64,000 nt of DNA, from contig JALMLS010000525.1 in NCBI GenBank assembly GCA_038496445.1, positions 188,264 to 252,263 on the forward strand, written 5' to 3'. The DNA is from Trichosphaerium sp. ATCC 40318 (lineage: Eukaryota > Protista > Tubulinea). Positions 1 to 11,996 of this stretch are shown here, one piece after another. The translations under genes and the position numbers were made by a program. Under the pieces are notes generated by a model. It did no database searches. It saw only the letters and a list, made by a program, of their open reading frames with translations, and was not told the DNA's origin. Within the stretch, counting starts at the first letter, position 1; every line of letters begins with the position of its first letter.

Positions 1-1
1 A

Positions 2-1129
2 GCGAGAGTAATTGCGAAACATTCAGGTATTCTCCAGCACACAAACATCAATCTTGCGGGCACTTCATTTCCTGATGATATGGTCAAAGTACTTGCTGGT
101 GATCGTTCCATTGACATTGGTGGATCTTTTACGGATAAAGGAATAAAGCCTGTTTATGGTGTCCGTCAAATTAATCTCGGCGATACAAATATAACAGATG
201 AAGGATTAAAGGCACTCAAAGGAGTACATACAATTAATCTCAAAATCTGTCACTCCATTACAGATGAAGGAATAAAAGCTCTTGAAGGTGTCCATCATAT
301 TGATCTCAGTTATACAAGTGTAGCAGATGAAGGGTTAAAGGCGCTTGCTGGAGTACATACTATTAATCTTAGGGGCTGCCAAAAAGTGACAGATGAAGGC
401 ATTGAGGCTCTTGAAGGCGTGCATGCTATTGATCTTACGGGCTCTCACCTAACAGATAAAGGGTTAAAGGCTCTTGAAGGTGTCCATGAAATAGAGATTG
501 ATTTTACAAATATAACAGATGAAGGATTAAAGGCACTCAAAGGAGTACATACGATTAGTCTTAAAGGCTGTAAGCTGATTACAGACGAAGGGATAAAAGC
601 TCTTGAAGGTGCCCATCAAATTGATCTCAGTTACACAAGTGTAGCAGATGAAGGGTTAAAAGCGCTTGCTGGAGTTCATTGTATCAACCTTAGGGGCTGC
701 AAACACATGACAGACGAAGGGATAAAGGCACTGTCTGGTGTTCATACTATTAATCTTATGGGTTCTTATCATCTAACAGATGAAGCGATAAAGGCTCTAG
801 AAGGTGTTTATATGATTGAAGTTAGTTATACAAACATAACAGATGGAGGATTAAAGGCACTCAAAGGAGTACATACTATTTATCTCGCAAATTGCAAACA
901 CATAACAGATGAAGGGATAAAAGCTCTTGAAGGTGCCTACGAAATTGATCTGAGTGATACAAATGTAACAGATAAAGGGTTAGAGGCTCTCATTGGAGTA
1001 CATACCATTCACCTTATGGACTGTACACGAATCACATACGAAGGGATAAATGTGCTTGTTGGTGCCAAAGTTAATACAAATACGAATTATGAAGAGTTAA
1101 CAGGACTTTTCGGTTGCCTTGAGGATTGA
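2..1129 (+). CDS. Leucine-rich repeat protein, 5' partial, intronless within the window
   Basis: The frame is open from base 2 (ARVIAKHSG...) to TGA at 1129. It has about 14 repeats of 21-22 aa of the form GVHTINLxxCxxITDEGIKAL. Confidence 0.85.
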   Translation, partial: ARVIAKHSGILQHTNINLAGTSFPDDMVKVLAGDRSIDIGGSFTDKGIKPVYGVRQINLGDTNITDEGLKALKGVHTINLKICHSITDEGIKALEGVHHIDLSYTSVADEGLKALAGVHTINLRGCQKVTDEGIEALEGVHAIDLTGSHLTDKGLKALEGVHEIEIDFTNITDEGLKALKGVHTISLKGCKLITDEGIKALEGAHQIDLSYTSVADEGLKALAGVHCINLRGCKHMTDEGIKALSGVHTINLMGSYHLTDEAIKALEGVYMIEVSYTNITDGGLKALKGVHTIYLANCKHITDEGIKALEGAYEIDLSDTNVTDKGLEALIGVHTIHLMDCTRITYEGINVLVGAKVNTNTNYEELTGLFGCLED

Positions 1130-1389
1130 ACGACGTCACGTATCAAGGTAGTATTGACGCTTTCTTTGGCGGTCACTGCCATGACTATGTTTCATGAACA
1201 TCAACAGCTATTTGATAGTCTGGAATAGTAGCAAAGGCGCTATTGAATTGGTACTATTCCAAACAAGAAAGAGTATTCTGGTTGTTCCTACCAACAACCA
1301 TGAAAGTTCCTTAGTTTTTCCTGATAAATAAATAAATTCTTTGCTTCTACTTTTCATCTTTTATTACAAACGGTTTTCTCATATTTTTT

Positions 1390-4259
1390 TTACAGGATTT
1401 TACAAAATGACTTCTTTTTTTGTTTCTTACATGATGCAGTAAGTACGCTTCTAATTGCAGTATCGAAAACTTCCTTAAGTCCCTTTTGTGTAAGAGAAGA
1501 ACATTCTACATACTTGAAAGCCTAAAAAGGATTTAAGAAAGTGATAATCCAACAAGAATCTGACTTAAAAAAACAATTGACGTACACCAATTTCTTTTGC
1601 AACTGCTTCAGCAGCTTCTTGTGTAATAACAGATCTTCCTGTGCTTTCTAATTTTTTTATCGTGTCTTTATCTTCTCGTAAATCTTCTTTTGTACCAACA
1701 AGAACAATTTTAACACCCGGACAATGATGTTGCACTTCAGGCCACCATTTTGATCTGAAGGAAAAAAAAGGTAAGCAGGTTGTATTTAAAAAAATGATCA
1801 CGTGTGAACTTACTTTATATTTTCTAGAGATGTGTTACTGACTACAGAGAACGCGAACAAGAAAACATCTGTTTGCTGCAAGAAGTATAAGGCTCTGAAA
1901 AAAAGACTCGATCGCAAGATGCAAGATCTGAAATCAAAACAAAATTAAATCCTAGACGTACTGGATAAGAAAGAGGTCTTAGTCTATCATAGTCTTCTTG
2001 TCCAGCTGTGTCCCAAAGACCCAACGAAATTGGTTTCGCATCGACCATTACATTAGCGCTATAATTGTCGAAAACACTTGGAATGTATTCTGAAGGGAAT
2101 GCATTTGTTGTGTACGAGATCAACATGCTTGTCTTTCCTAATCAAAAATAAATCAACGCCGAAAACCCAACATCAAAAACAGTCTCCAAGTAACGACCGG
2201 GAGAGAAAAAAAGAAAAAAAACTAGAACATACCTACAGCGCCATCTCCAACAATGACAAGCTTGATTTGGCGCATACCACCGCTGTATGAGGCTTCAGGT
2301 GGCTTGTACGAGGAAGATGTCTTTGACGGTGAGTACGTGTGCCTTCTTGATGAGCTGTATGATGAGCTGGAGTATACTGCTGTATGGCCTGTAGGTAACC
2401 ATTCTTCTGCCTTTTCGTCCCATTTGTATTGTGGTTTTGTATTGGTATCAAGGCTGAAATCGAACCAAGGTTGTGAACATTTCTTTTTTTCTTCTTTGAT
2501 TTTTTTTCCTTTTTTTTTTGATTCTTCATTTTCTTTCTTTTTCTTTTCTGCTATTTGCTTTTGTGTCTTCTTCTCAGCATTAGGTTTACTCAATTGTGTG
2601 AATACATCTCCCATATCTTCTGTCATTTTACCTTCCTCTTTCATCTTTGCTTCGAATTCTTCCTAAATAACAGTCAGGACCAGTAGGAATGAGAAGAGGT
2701 AACGAAAAAAATTCGGACCAATTTTTCAGGGCTTGCTTCACGATAGCATATAGCCAAAAACATGTCTGTTATCAGATTGAAGTTTCTAAAATGAATAGAT
2801 ACTGCTCCAGTACGTTCGCTTATTTCTTCATAGAAAGGTATAGCAGCAACTTGATTCAAGGCACGAACACCGTATACTTTAATGTCTAATTCGATCAAAT
2901 TATCCTGCGCAAAGATTAGATTTAGGCGAATTAATAATAGTTTAATCAAAGAAAATGCAGGCAACTTATTTTTGTTTTCTTTCTTTCCAAAAAAAATAAT
3001 GTGTAACGTACGAGTTCATCCATCCAATTAATCTTTTCACTAGTATAAGAAGGGGGATGTGGCCAACAATCTCCAATAACAACAAGTGCTTTAGATGTAT
3101 CTTCACTCCAAGAAAGCTTTTGACAATCTCTATTTGACAAACACGTGAGCTTGTGAACGAAACGTTTTTTGGGTTTGTTTTTTGTGTTTCTATTTGCGTA
3201 CCTTAGTGCAAGTTCATAGCATTCTGGCGCGTCGCCACCACCTGTTGCTTGTGCATTTTCTACGAATGCTGTAATTTTCTTGACGTTATTGGTGAGATCA
3301 AGCATTTTAATGACATATGTTGATTTTTGATCGCAGAAGTCACCATGAGCTATAATGCCAATCTTTATATCTGGTATATCTGCAATGAGGCGCTTAGCTG
3401 TCTCTGTAATCTTTTTTCTTACTTCAGCAAGGCAAGAATACATAGAACCAGTTGTATCAAAACTGAAAACAATCTCTACTTTATTCGATCCACCCTAAAA
3501 AATAAACTTTAGATACACGTGTTTTAAGTACAATGTCACGTGCAGTTGCAAAACTTGACAATAGTTCGTCCTTCTTTTCGTCATTTATGCTATCATCTCG
3601 TACTGGGTCGGGTGTGGCAGACTTGGAACATCCACCTGATGCCTTTGAGGCACATGATTTTTTCTTTTTAGGTGCTCCTTTTTTGATTATTATTTTGTCG
3701 CCTGTCTTTAGACCTGAGGCTGCTAGATTCGTGGTAAATGAAAGGACTGTTCCATCAGCCTTTGATATCTGTGGTAGAGAACGCCCGAAAGATTCTTCAT
3801 CCGGAAATGCATTACGAACAATGCTAAACGAAAAAGGTCAGCCCAGGTACTTTTACAAGCGAAAACAGCGTACCGTGCTATGTCTCTGACCGTTACCGTT
3901 TTTCTGTTAGGTACTTCTATTTCTTCGCAATCGCTTTCAAAGATAGCGTTGAGCTTTAGTGGAGGTACGACCATTAGGTGAATAGTTGCTTCCTTGGCGA
4001 TCGTTAATATCCTTTAAATCGCTCTTTCCGTACCTCTGTGAGTCCGAGGGATGCAACAGTGCCTGTTTTAAGAAGTTTACCCTTAAAAACAAGCTTACCT
4101 TCAAGCGACGCATCTACGGCCTTTATTTTGTTACGTATGTTGGCCACAGTATCACTTGGCTATAAAAACGCGTTATTCAAGCTAAATACCAAACTTCAGG
4201 TGTAATACCTCACAATCAATGGCAAAGGTGCGTGCATCAGCTTTGATAAGTATGAGCAT
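1390..4259 (-). CDS. Multi-exon fusion: ubiquitin-like domain(s) + vWA domain + C-terminal Rac/Rho GTPase with CAAX
   Basis: Spliced by eye. N-term [31 protein letters not shown] (UBL). vWA with MIDAS-type FSFDTTGSM and [13 protein letters not shown] 2222-2644 runs in one frame from the post-vWA linker into [13 protein letters not shown]3 [18 protein letters not shown]4 TKED, G5 ECSS; ends KKKSFCKIL*. Confidence 0.75.
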
Positions 4260-4658
4260 CGTTGGTTGGGTGTTTTAAATAAATATGAATCAAGTGTGAC
4301 ACGTTAGGCGAAGGAGAAACTGACATTAGGCTAAAGCCTCGTCGCAATATTTTCATGTGATTGCTTGATAACATCTAATACATAAAACAGAGCCTAGTGC
4401 CTGGTACGAGAACCGAGAAACTGAAAAACTGTAAGTTTTCTGGCAAGGTTAAGTTAACACTGTGAGCGAAAACGCGGTTTATTTTTCCTACAGTACAAGG
4501 TGGCTGTACGAAGGTTCGCGGGTACAAACGTCCGCACGTTCGATTTTCGTTGAAACAATAGTTGAGAACTAGCTTGTATACAGGTAAGTGTAAGCAAGCA
4601 TGCGTCTCGAGTTGACGTTTTGAGGATAACAAAAATATTTGTTCAAACGACCAACTGA

Positions 4659-7600
4659 CTAAGCGAGATAGTGGTACACTTTTCTAATTGGAGCAGTCAG
4701 TACAAGAAACATCTTGAGCAACAATTAAAGCCAAAATGATTTACCTGTTGTTTTTGGATCGCTCCAAGTACTCTCGCTCGATCAACGATTCCACACGCTT
4801 TTTGATAATAATAGGATTTGGTCGGAATCTAACGAATAAATGAGTTTAACAACAACAAAAGATGAGCGCCATTATTTACCTTGAAGCAAGTTGTTTTGAC
4901 ACCTCTGCGATCAAATTGCTGTGCTCCATCTTCTTTCTAGCCTTCATGACACGCACAACAGCTGCTTCGATTTGATGCTTCCTGTCTTCGTCAATCTTTT
5001 GTTGCGTAATAGTACGTTGTTTGGCAGTTTCTTTTTGAATAATCGTCATGACCTTGACACGGAACAGTTTGCTCTTAAACTTTGTGTTGTATCTGAAAAC
5101 ATCATCATCGTCCACAGTCTTTTTACGTGGTTCTTTGCGGAGTAGAATCCTGTATTTAGGGCACGACAACGTAATCAAATTACGTTTTAGATCAGGAAGT
5201 GGAATACCTGCGCCGAGTTAGATGATAGACTTTTAACGCATAACAACACGTTTTTACTTGGCTTAAAAACATTACCTGTGACTGATTGTATCTCTTTATA
5301 TGTCATGTGAGGGGTGGCGTTAAAACTCATCAAGATACACATTTGAAAGGTCGATAACATGAGTTCGTGTTTCTAAACAAGTCAGCACTTTGCACCAGCA
5401 TTTGAAAAAAAAGTCCAATTAGGTACACACCTTGATAGGGAAGAATGCTTTGAGTTCACATGTTCCCTAAACGAGTAATTGGTCAGTCATTTACGCCGTT
5501 ATAAGATTATATGGTACCATGTTACTTTGCCAGCTAAGACGCCTGCCAGTGTGGTTTGACAAGTAGAATTTTTTAAATACGTCACAACATACAAGTACTT
5601 CTGGTGGAAGAATACACTTGGCGGACGATTGTGTTGGCCAAAATCCGGTTGTGAGTACGTGTACATTCATCTCAATACCGCCCAATGGGTGCTTGCGAAT
5701 ATATTAGGAGAGATAACAATAATAAAAACATACCACATCGAGACTTGATACGTGGTTTTTGAATGCTTCCATTGTATCGTGGGAGGTCTTCATATCCTTG
5801 AACATACCTTCAAGTTTGGATGTAAATTGATAACCACATTCAGTCTACAAAGAAATTAGTTTGGAATAACTACGAAGCAGGCCTTTGGAGTTTTGACTTT
5901 TTTTGTCAATTTTGAATCTACTGCTTTAAAATACCAACCTTCAATTTAGAGATCATGGTGCGCTCAGCATCATCGGACACGCTGCGGTTAAGGAGCAATC
6001 GCTTGGCAAGATGCTGTTTGTAGTACTTTTCGAATATATCTTTTTCTTGAATAAAGCGGAACAGCATCATCACCTTGTCTAGTGTCTTTTCAACATCTTC
6101 TTCTGTTAAGCCCTTGAGACCACGTCGTAGTTTCTCATCAATAAACAAAGAAATAAATTCAGGAGAGCGGTTGTTCATGTTGATAAAGAACTCGAAAGCC
6201 TATAAAAAAACAAACCAGTTAGAACCGTGAACACTGTGCAACCCGCTTCAACGTACAGAGTTCAATGTGTGTTGGAAGTTTTTATCATTGAAGAAAGCTT
6301 CAGTGAGTATGCGATCATATTTATCTTTCAAGTCGAGGAGAGCTTGAACGTAAGAGTTTTGTCGTTTTTGGTTTTCAGGGTCAGTCACTACGTCCTTTCC
6401 AGTATCTTTTACCAACTGGCCCATTACTTCACGCATGAGATCGTGGCCCTTTGTCACACGGCCCAATAGGTTGTACATTAGCACAAGATCTAAATCACAT
6501 ATTAGTTCAGAAATTGTTTTAAAATGTTGGCATTAGTCAACTTTAAAACAACACATCAACTACACTCATAAGTACATACCATCTAGTTTATCGTCCTTGA
6601 GCATAGCAATTTGACCAGAACCGCCCATCTAAAAAGCCATTAATTTTGAGTTGGTTGGATGAGATAAAAAAAAAAACAGAAAAATAACTTACCTCAACGA
6701 GTGTCTTCATGTGTACAGAAATAAGTTCGCGCTCTACAACGTCTTTGATTTGAGGCTCTGTGCCAGAATCGAGGTAATGTTGTACGCGATCCATTTCCTC
6801 CTTGATACGTGCGTCTACCTTTGGTGGGTTGAGCACAAACCGCCAAAATAAAAGGCTCTGAGAGTACCTTTTTCATGTAATCCGAAGCACTATTTTCGGC
6901 AATGAAGTTTTGAGATTCGCCCTTGTAAAAATCTGCAGAAGTGCTCAAGAAATGCTGTTCAAAGTCTTCCTCGTAAACAGTCCTTTACAAAAAAAAAAAA
7001 AAGAGTTGGTTTAGTTGCTCAAAGCGTGGTATAATGCGCACCTAGAGTTTACGCCGAGGTCTACAAGCATTTGTGTGACATTCTTCATAAGACCTCTTTC
7101 AATTACTTCACCGCTTCTCTCACGGTGTATCATAGCGAGCAATGTTCTCAGAAGACGCGGCTTTATGCGCTTGTTACTTGTGACATTTTGTTTAAATAGC
7201 TTCAAACCGAGATCGTATACGCTTGGGACATTGTTTTGCAAAACGTAAACGCGATCCTACAAAAAAAAAACGTATAAGTTACTTTGGCGCCGTACGAGTT
7301 GGTTGGGGTTTGTATATACTGCGTATATTATCGTTTTAGAGCCGTACCATATACATAAGAATATCTCGTATCATGAGCATAGAGATCTTGTGGTCTTGCC
7401 ATGCTTGGTTCAAGCTGGGCAAAAAATTATCGTCAACAGAAGCGCTCACGTCATCTGCGACTTCTTTGAGGTGTTTGTCGACAACGCCTGTCAATCCTTG
7501 GTAGAGCTTGTCTCCGTACTTGTGAAGCACCATGTTGTATGCGTTTCTATGTGTTGTATTTTATTACGTTGAAGAGAAGGTATTTTAAACGGTTTCTGTT

Positions 7601-7881
7601 TACAGGCGCGGCATGGTGTAGAAAAGCCGTAAATATATTGCCAATAATTGTACAAACTACTAGAGTATTGTTTGTACCTATAAAGTTCTTCAAAGCTCAA
7701 GCCAGAAGCATTCTTTTTGTGGATCTCTTGAATAGCGTTTGAAAGCAACGACCATGTATTCTCTGCGTAGTTGGGGTCCATAGAGACAGCATGGTGGCGG
7801 AAGGGCCGAATCTGTAGCTAGGTAAGCACAACACGAACAAAACCGGCTTTGTACGGTTATTTTTGTTTTCCTTCCTGCCAT
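4659..7881 (-). CDS. CUL3: Cullin-3
   Basis: Exons encode [60 protein letters not shown] and the neddylation motif [12 protein letters not shown]; ends KVYHYLA*. Confidence 0.95.
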
Positions 7882-8057
7882 GATATGTAAGACAAGCTGT
7901 AAAACTAAGTATGCTTCAAGTCACGAATAGCGTCTTTATTTTAGGTGAAATTACACAAAGAATTTTTGCACAGAACAAAGACTCTTCTTTGAGGCGGGAA
8001 CCTATACACATATCGCCAATATTGCGTTTGTTGGTTTGTTGTAAAGCACGACGGTGT

Positions 8058-8689
8058 TTAGTCAAATTCTCGGCGGGGGATTTTCTTATCTACCCATGTA
8101 TCTAGATCCACGCGCTCTTCAAGCTGTGCCAAGGCCTGTTCGAGATCTAAAGCTTCGAGCTAGCAACTTTATCAGTACAACCTCAATTTTGATTGTTAAC
8201 GAGCCGTACACTGCCAGCCTTTGCACGGTTTTGCTGCTCTTCAATGTAAGCGTTAGCCACTTCTAACTGACGCTTTTGTTCAGCGGCAGGCGTAACACCA
8301 AGAAACTAGTCGAAATTATTAACAGCTATTTACAACGCGTTGGCACCTTTGGCCGTTTGTCATCATGGATGAATCTGTTTCTTGACACTGAAGCTGCAAC
8401 AAAGCTACTGTTTGCAGAAATTAGTTTTTGATTTAATTAAAAATTGGCTAGGTTACCTTGCATACACGATAATTCCTAGTGGGATGCCTTGGACGCGTTA
8501 GATTTAATAATGTGGTAAAGTCACCCACCAATTTTCCACACATGGTCATATTTCATTATCTTACGCACTGTGCTGTAGTTTTGCGTCAGAATTTACTTTT
8601 GTAAGTGTAACATTTGTTGTAAAACGTTATAATAACAGCCCGATCGCGTACCGTCTGTCAAAATAAGTACTAAGTATTTTCTGAAGCAT
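8058..8689 (-). CDS. COX16: Cytochrome c oxidase assembly protein COX16-like (5 small exons, absent from the ORF track)
   Basis: GT-AG splicing gives MLQKILSTYFDRRTVRKIMKYDHVWKIGIPLGIIVYASFVAASVSRNRFIHDDKRPKFLG...LEALDLEQALAQLEERVDLDTWVDKKIPRREFD*. A single TM after GIP and the C-terminal DLDxWxxKxIPR match the Cox16 pattern. Confidence 0.7.
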
Positions 8690-8872
8690 TTTGTGCTTTC
8701 AGTGACGATAATGCGGTGAAAACGCGAGAAATATCAATTTCGATACAACACCTAAGCTACTCACTAGTTTACGCGGTTTTGGTGATAAGCGCTTCAATGA
8801 AGAAAATGTTACCACTTAGCCAGTTCTAAGTCTCGAGCTATTTAAAACCTCAGACGATTAAAGCCAACAACA

Positions 8873-10201
8873 ATGTCACTAAAGGAGTCACGTACAATTA
8901 AAGTCCCTGCAGAGAAGTACCAGATAGACACAATCATTACAGCATGCCCTCAAATGAAATCATTAGCGATACGTGCGCTAAAGTATGAGGACTTAGAAGC
9001 TCGCACACGGTAAACGGTTTTTTTTACCTCCAACTTTATTTCTTACACTCCACAAGCGTGGGAGAGATTCGCTGGAAGCAATTCGAAGATGGAATGCCAA
9101 ATTTAATGATAAAAGAGATTTCTGAAATACAAGGAAGAGATTGCGTTTTTATTGCTGACTTCTTGGGTACAATCAAACTAATTAGGCCTTGGTACTCACT
9201 GAGTTAAATTTAGATCCAAAAGAAATGTTTGAACAGCTCTCGGGTACGTTAACTGGAAATTATCGTTGATTTATTAACTCAATATAGTTATATACGCGCT
9301 TCCGCGATACTTTGTGAGGTCTTTAACAATTATTCTTCCATATTTTCCAACTGGTACTATGGAGCGCGTAGATGAGGAAGGGCAGATTGCAACGGCTTAC
9401 ACCTTAGCAACCATGCTCTCTGCAACACCTCTCTCAATAATGGGACCTGCACGCCTTGTCATTTTTGACATTCACGCCTTGCAAGTACGTACTACGCGTT
9501 TGTAAAGGCACTTGTTGACACTATTTTTAGAATCGCTTTTATTTCGGCAGCCAAATCATCCCTCTGCTTCAGACTGCCATTCCTTTGTTCAAAGAGGCCT
9601 TAAAAGCCAACCACAAAGGAGAAGATATTGCAATCGCATTCCCAGATGAGGGTGCAAGTAAGAGATTCGGCAAGGTGCGTTGCGTTCTAACTTGGAAACG
9701 CAGTATAATTGGTTTAAAACAGCAAATCTTTATCCCTTTCTTTACATTATTTTAACTTGCTTTCAACCAGATGTTTAAGAAGTGGGATAACATCATCTGC
9801 ACCAAAGTGAGAGAAGGTGACAAGCGTATTGTATGCGTAAAGGAAGGTAATGTTGCTGGCAAGTCTGTGTTTATTGTAGACGATTTGGTAAAGACTGGTG
9901 GAACACTACTTCAGTGCAAAGGTGCTCTATTAAAACAAGGGGCCAAGTCTGTGTCTGCCTTTGTCACACACCCTGTCTTTCCTCAAGGTACATCATTTGC
10001 TGTGTGGCAACACGTCTAATAGACCTCGTAGATTCATGGAAACGGTTTACAAGCGAGAAGGAGAATCCTTTCAAACACTTTTACGTTACAGATTCTTGTC
10101 CTACTGTGTCCAGTGTCCTTGCTGGCAAAAAGCCTTTTACCGTACTCTCGTTAGAGACTTTGATTGCGAATGTTATTTCTACATACACCACTGGTATCTA
10201 A
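8873..10201 (+). CDS. PRS: Ribose-phosphate pyrophosphokinase, class II (plant PRS3/PRS4-like)
   Basis: Motifs [49 protein letters not shown] and [12 protein letters not shown]. Confidence 0.9.
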
Positions 10202-10307
10202 TTTCAATGCTGTTAAATAGCTTATACATAGAGCTCAATTGTATAAATTGCAATAAAGACAACAACGCATTCAAATGTCAAAACAAAAGGTGTTTTTTTA
10301 GCACTAA

Positions 10308-11668
10308 CTACATGTTGGCGTGTTTGCTTGATAGGTAGTCTTTTACGTTTGAGAGTATTCGCGCTTGAGTTGAGGCTTGTGTTGGGAATGAAAATTTTTT
10401 TCCTGTGATGCGTTCGTAGAGCTCAATGTACCGTGAAGACAACTCAGCCTTGTGTAATGTTAGAATATTGTTTGTAGTGCTATTGTACCTTTAGATGGTT
10501 GGGACATGGTGGAATAGTCTTGTCTTTGTAAGGATCGCAATTCTGTTTGTACCACCGTCTGATGATGTCCTTGTCGATATTCTCTGGATACAACCCATTT
10601 TCAAAGCGCTCTTCGTACGTCGAAGCGATCCAGTATCTAGAGCTATCTGGGGTGTGCATTTCATCAATGAGCATAATTGTTCCTTTTTTGTGACGTGTGA
10701 GAAGTGTACACTTTGTAAAGTTCATGGTTACCTGATGAGTCAACACCAAATTCATATTTAGTGTCTACCAGTAATAGACCTTGTTCCAAAGCACGTTTTT
10801 GGCCAAATGCGAATATTTCAAGTGCCTTCTTGCTGCAGTAGTCCCATTGCTCTTTTGTCATCCATCCCTGCGTGTTGTTAGCAAAAGATTGAAAGTACTA
10901 TTATTGCAGTACTTCTGATATGATATGAGCTGGGTCTATAAGACGGTCGTGGTCATCTTCCTTGGTTGTGGGTGTCACAATATTGGCATCAAGTCTTTGG
11001 TTCTCTATGAGGCCTTCTGGTAATTTGTGTCCACAGTAGTCACGAACGCCTTTTAGTAATCAACATGTTAGCATTATCTACTTGTGTACTCAGGTGACTT
11101 TGTACCTTTTGAGTAATTGACCCACATGGATGTCTGTGTAGTGCCTGTTATGAAGCCGCGGACAACCATCTCTATCGGCAAAACTTTACATTTTTTGCAA
11201 ACAACGACGTTCTAAAGGTTAAAGTCAGTCTATCGAGTGATAAGGAGTACGCACTGGATCAGGATGGGCTATGATGTGGTTTGGTACAATTGCACGTGTC
11301 TGATCGAACCACCACTTGCTCACTTGTGTTAACACTTGTCCTGTATTGGAGAGATTGTCATGAATGCGTCCAAACAACGTCAAATGCGTATTTTTTAAAT
11401 AAACTCAAAGTACTGTTGCGCTGCGTACCTTTGAATGGTATGTTGGCGAGAATTCTGTCAAAACCGCTTACACGATCGCTACATACGAGAATGGTCTCCT
11501 TTTCCGTAAAATAAACATCACGAACCTTTCCCTGTATATTTTGATTAATAACAGAGCGAATTGTGGTAAAGACACACTACTTTCCTGTTTACGCGTTCCA
11601 ATACGCAAATCTGTTGTATCCAGTACGTTATTGCCCTCTACAGCGGCATTTATTTTATCTTTGTACAT
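10308..11668 (-). CDS. ADE1: SAICAR synthetase (phosphoribosylaminoimidazole-succinocarboxamide synthase)
   Basis: Motifs GKVRDVY, DRVSGFDR, PIEMVVRGFITG, LLVDTKYEFG, LIDEMHTPDSSRYW, IDKDIIRRW and RYIELYERITG. Confidence 0.92.
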
Positions 11669-11996
11669 TCTTATGTCGTTCCTGTCAACCACACCGAAAG
11701 AATTGTAAAACAAGGAAAAAAGTCAACGTAAAACCAAATGTCAAAAAATTTTGCTATTATGTACGACCGTGTGAGGTTAAGCAGATCTTAAAGCGTAGCT
11801 CTCAGCTACAAGTTTGTGGTAACATGTCAAAATAGCAGTTTTATGGTCCTTATTAAAATTGTGCGGGAAAACCTGTTAAGTCAGTACATCGAACAGGCAA
11901 AATATCATTCCGTTATATCTCGTACTCTCAAGGTGTTCGTTGTAACACATGGAGTGCTTGTTGTGGAATTGTAGATTTTAGCCACGAGGTTTAAGA

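Noticed and set aside
4280-4640. GT...AG patterns on the + strand between the Rac-fusion gene and CUL3, suggesting a tiny spliced gene
   Set aside because: The best joins give only a ~35-aa peptide with no recognisable similarity; not supportable without RNA data.
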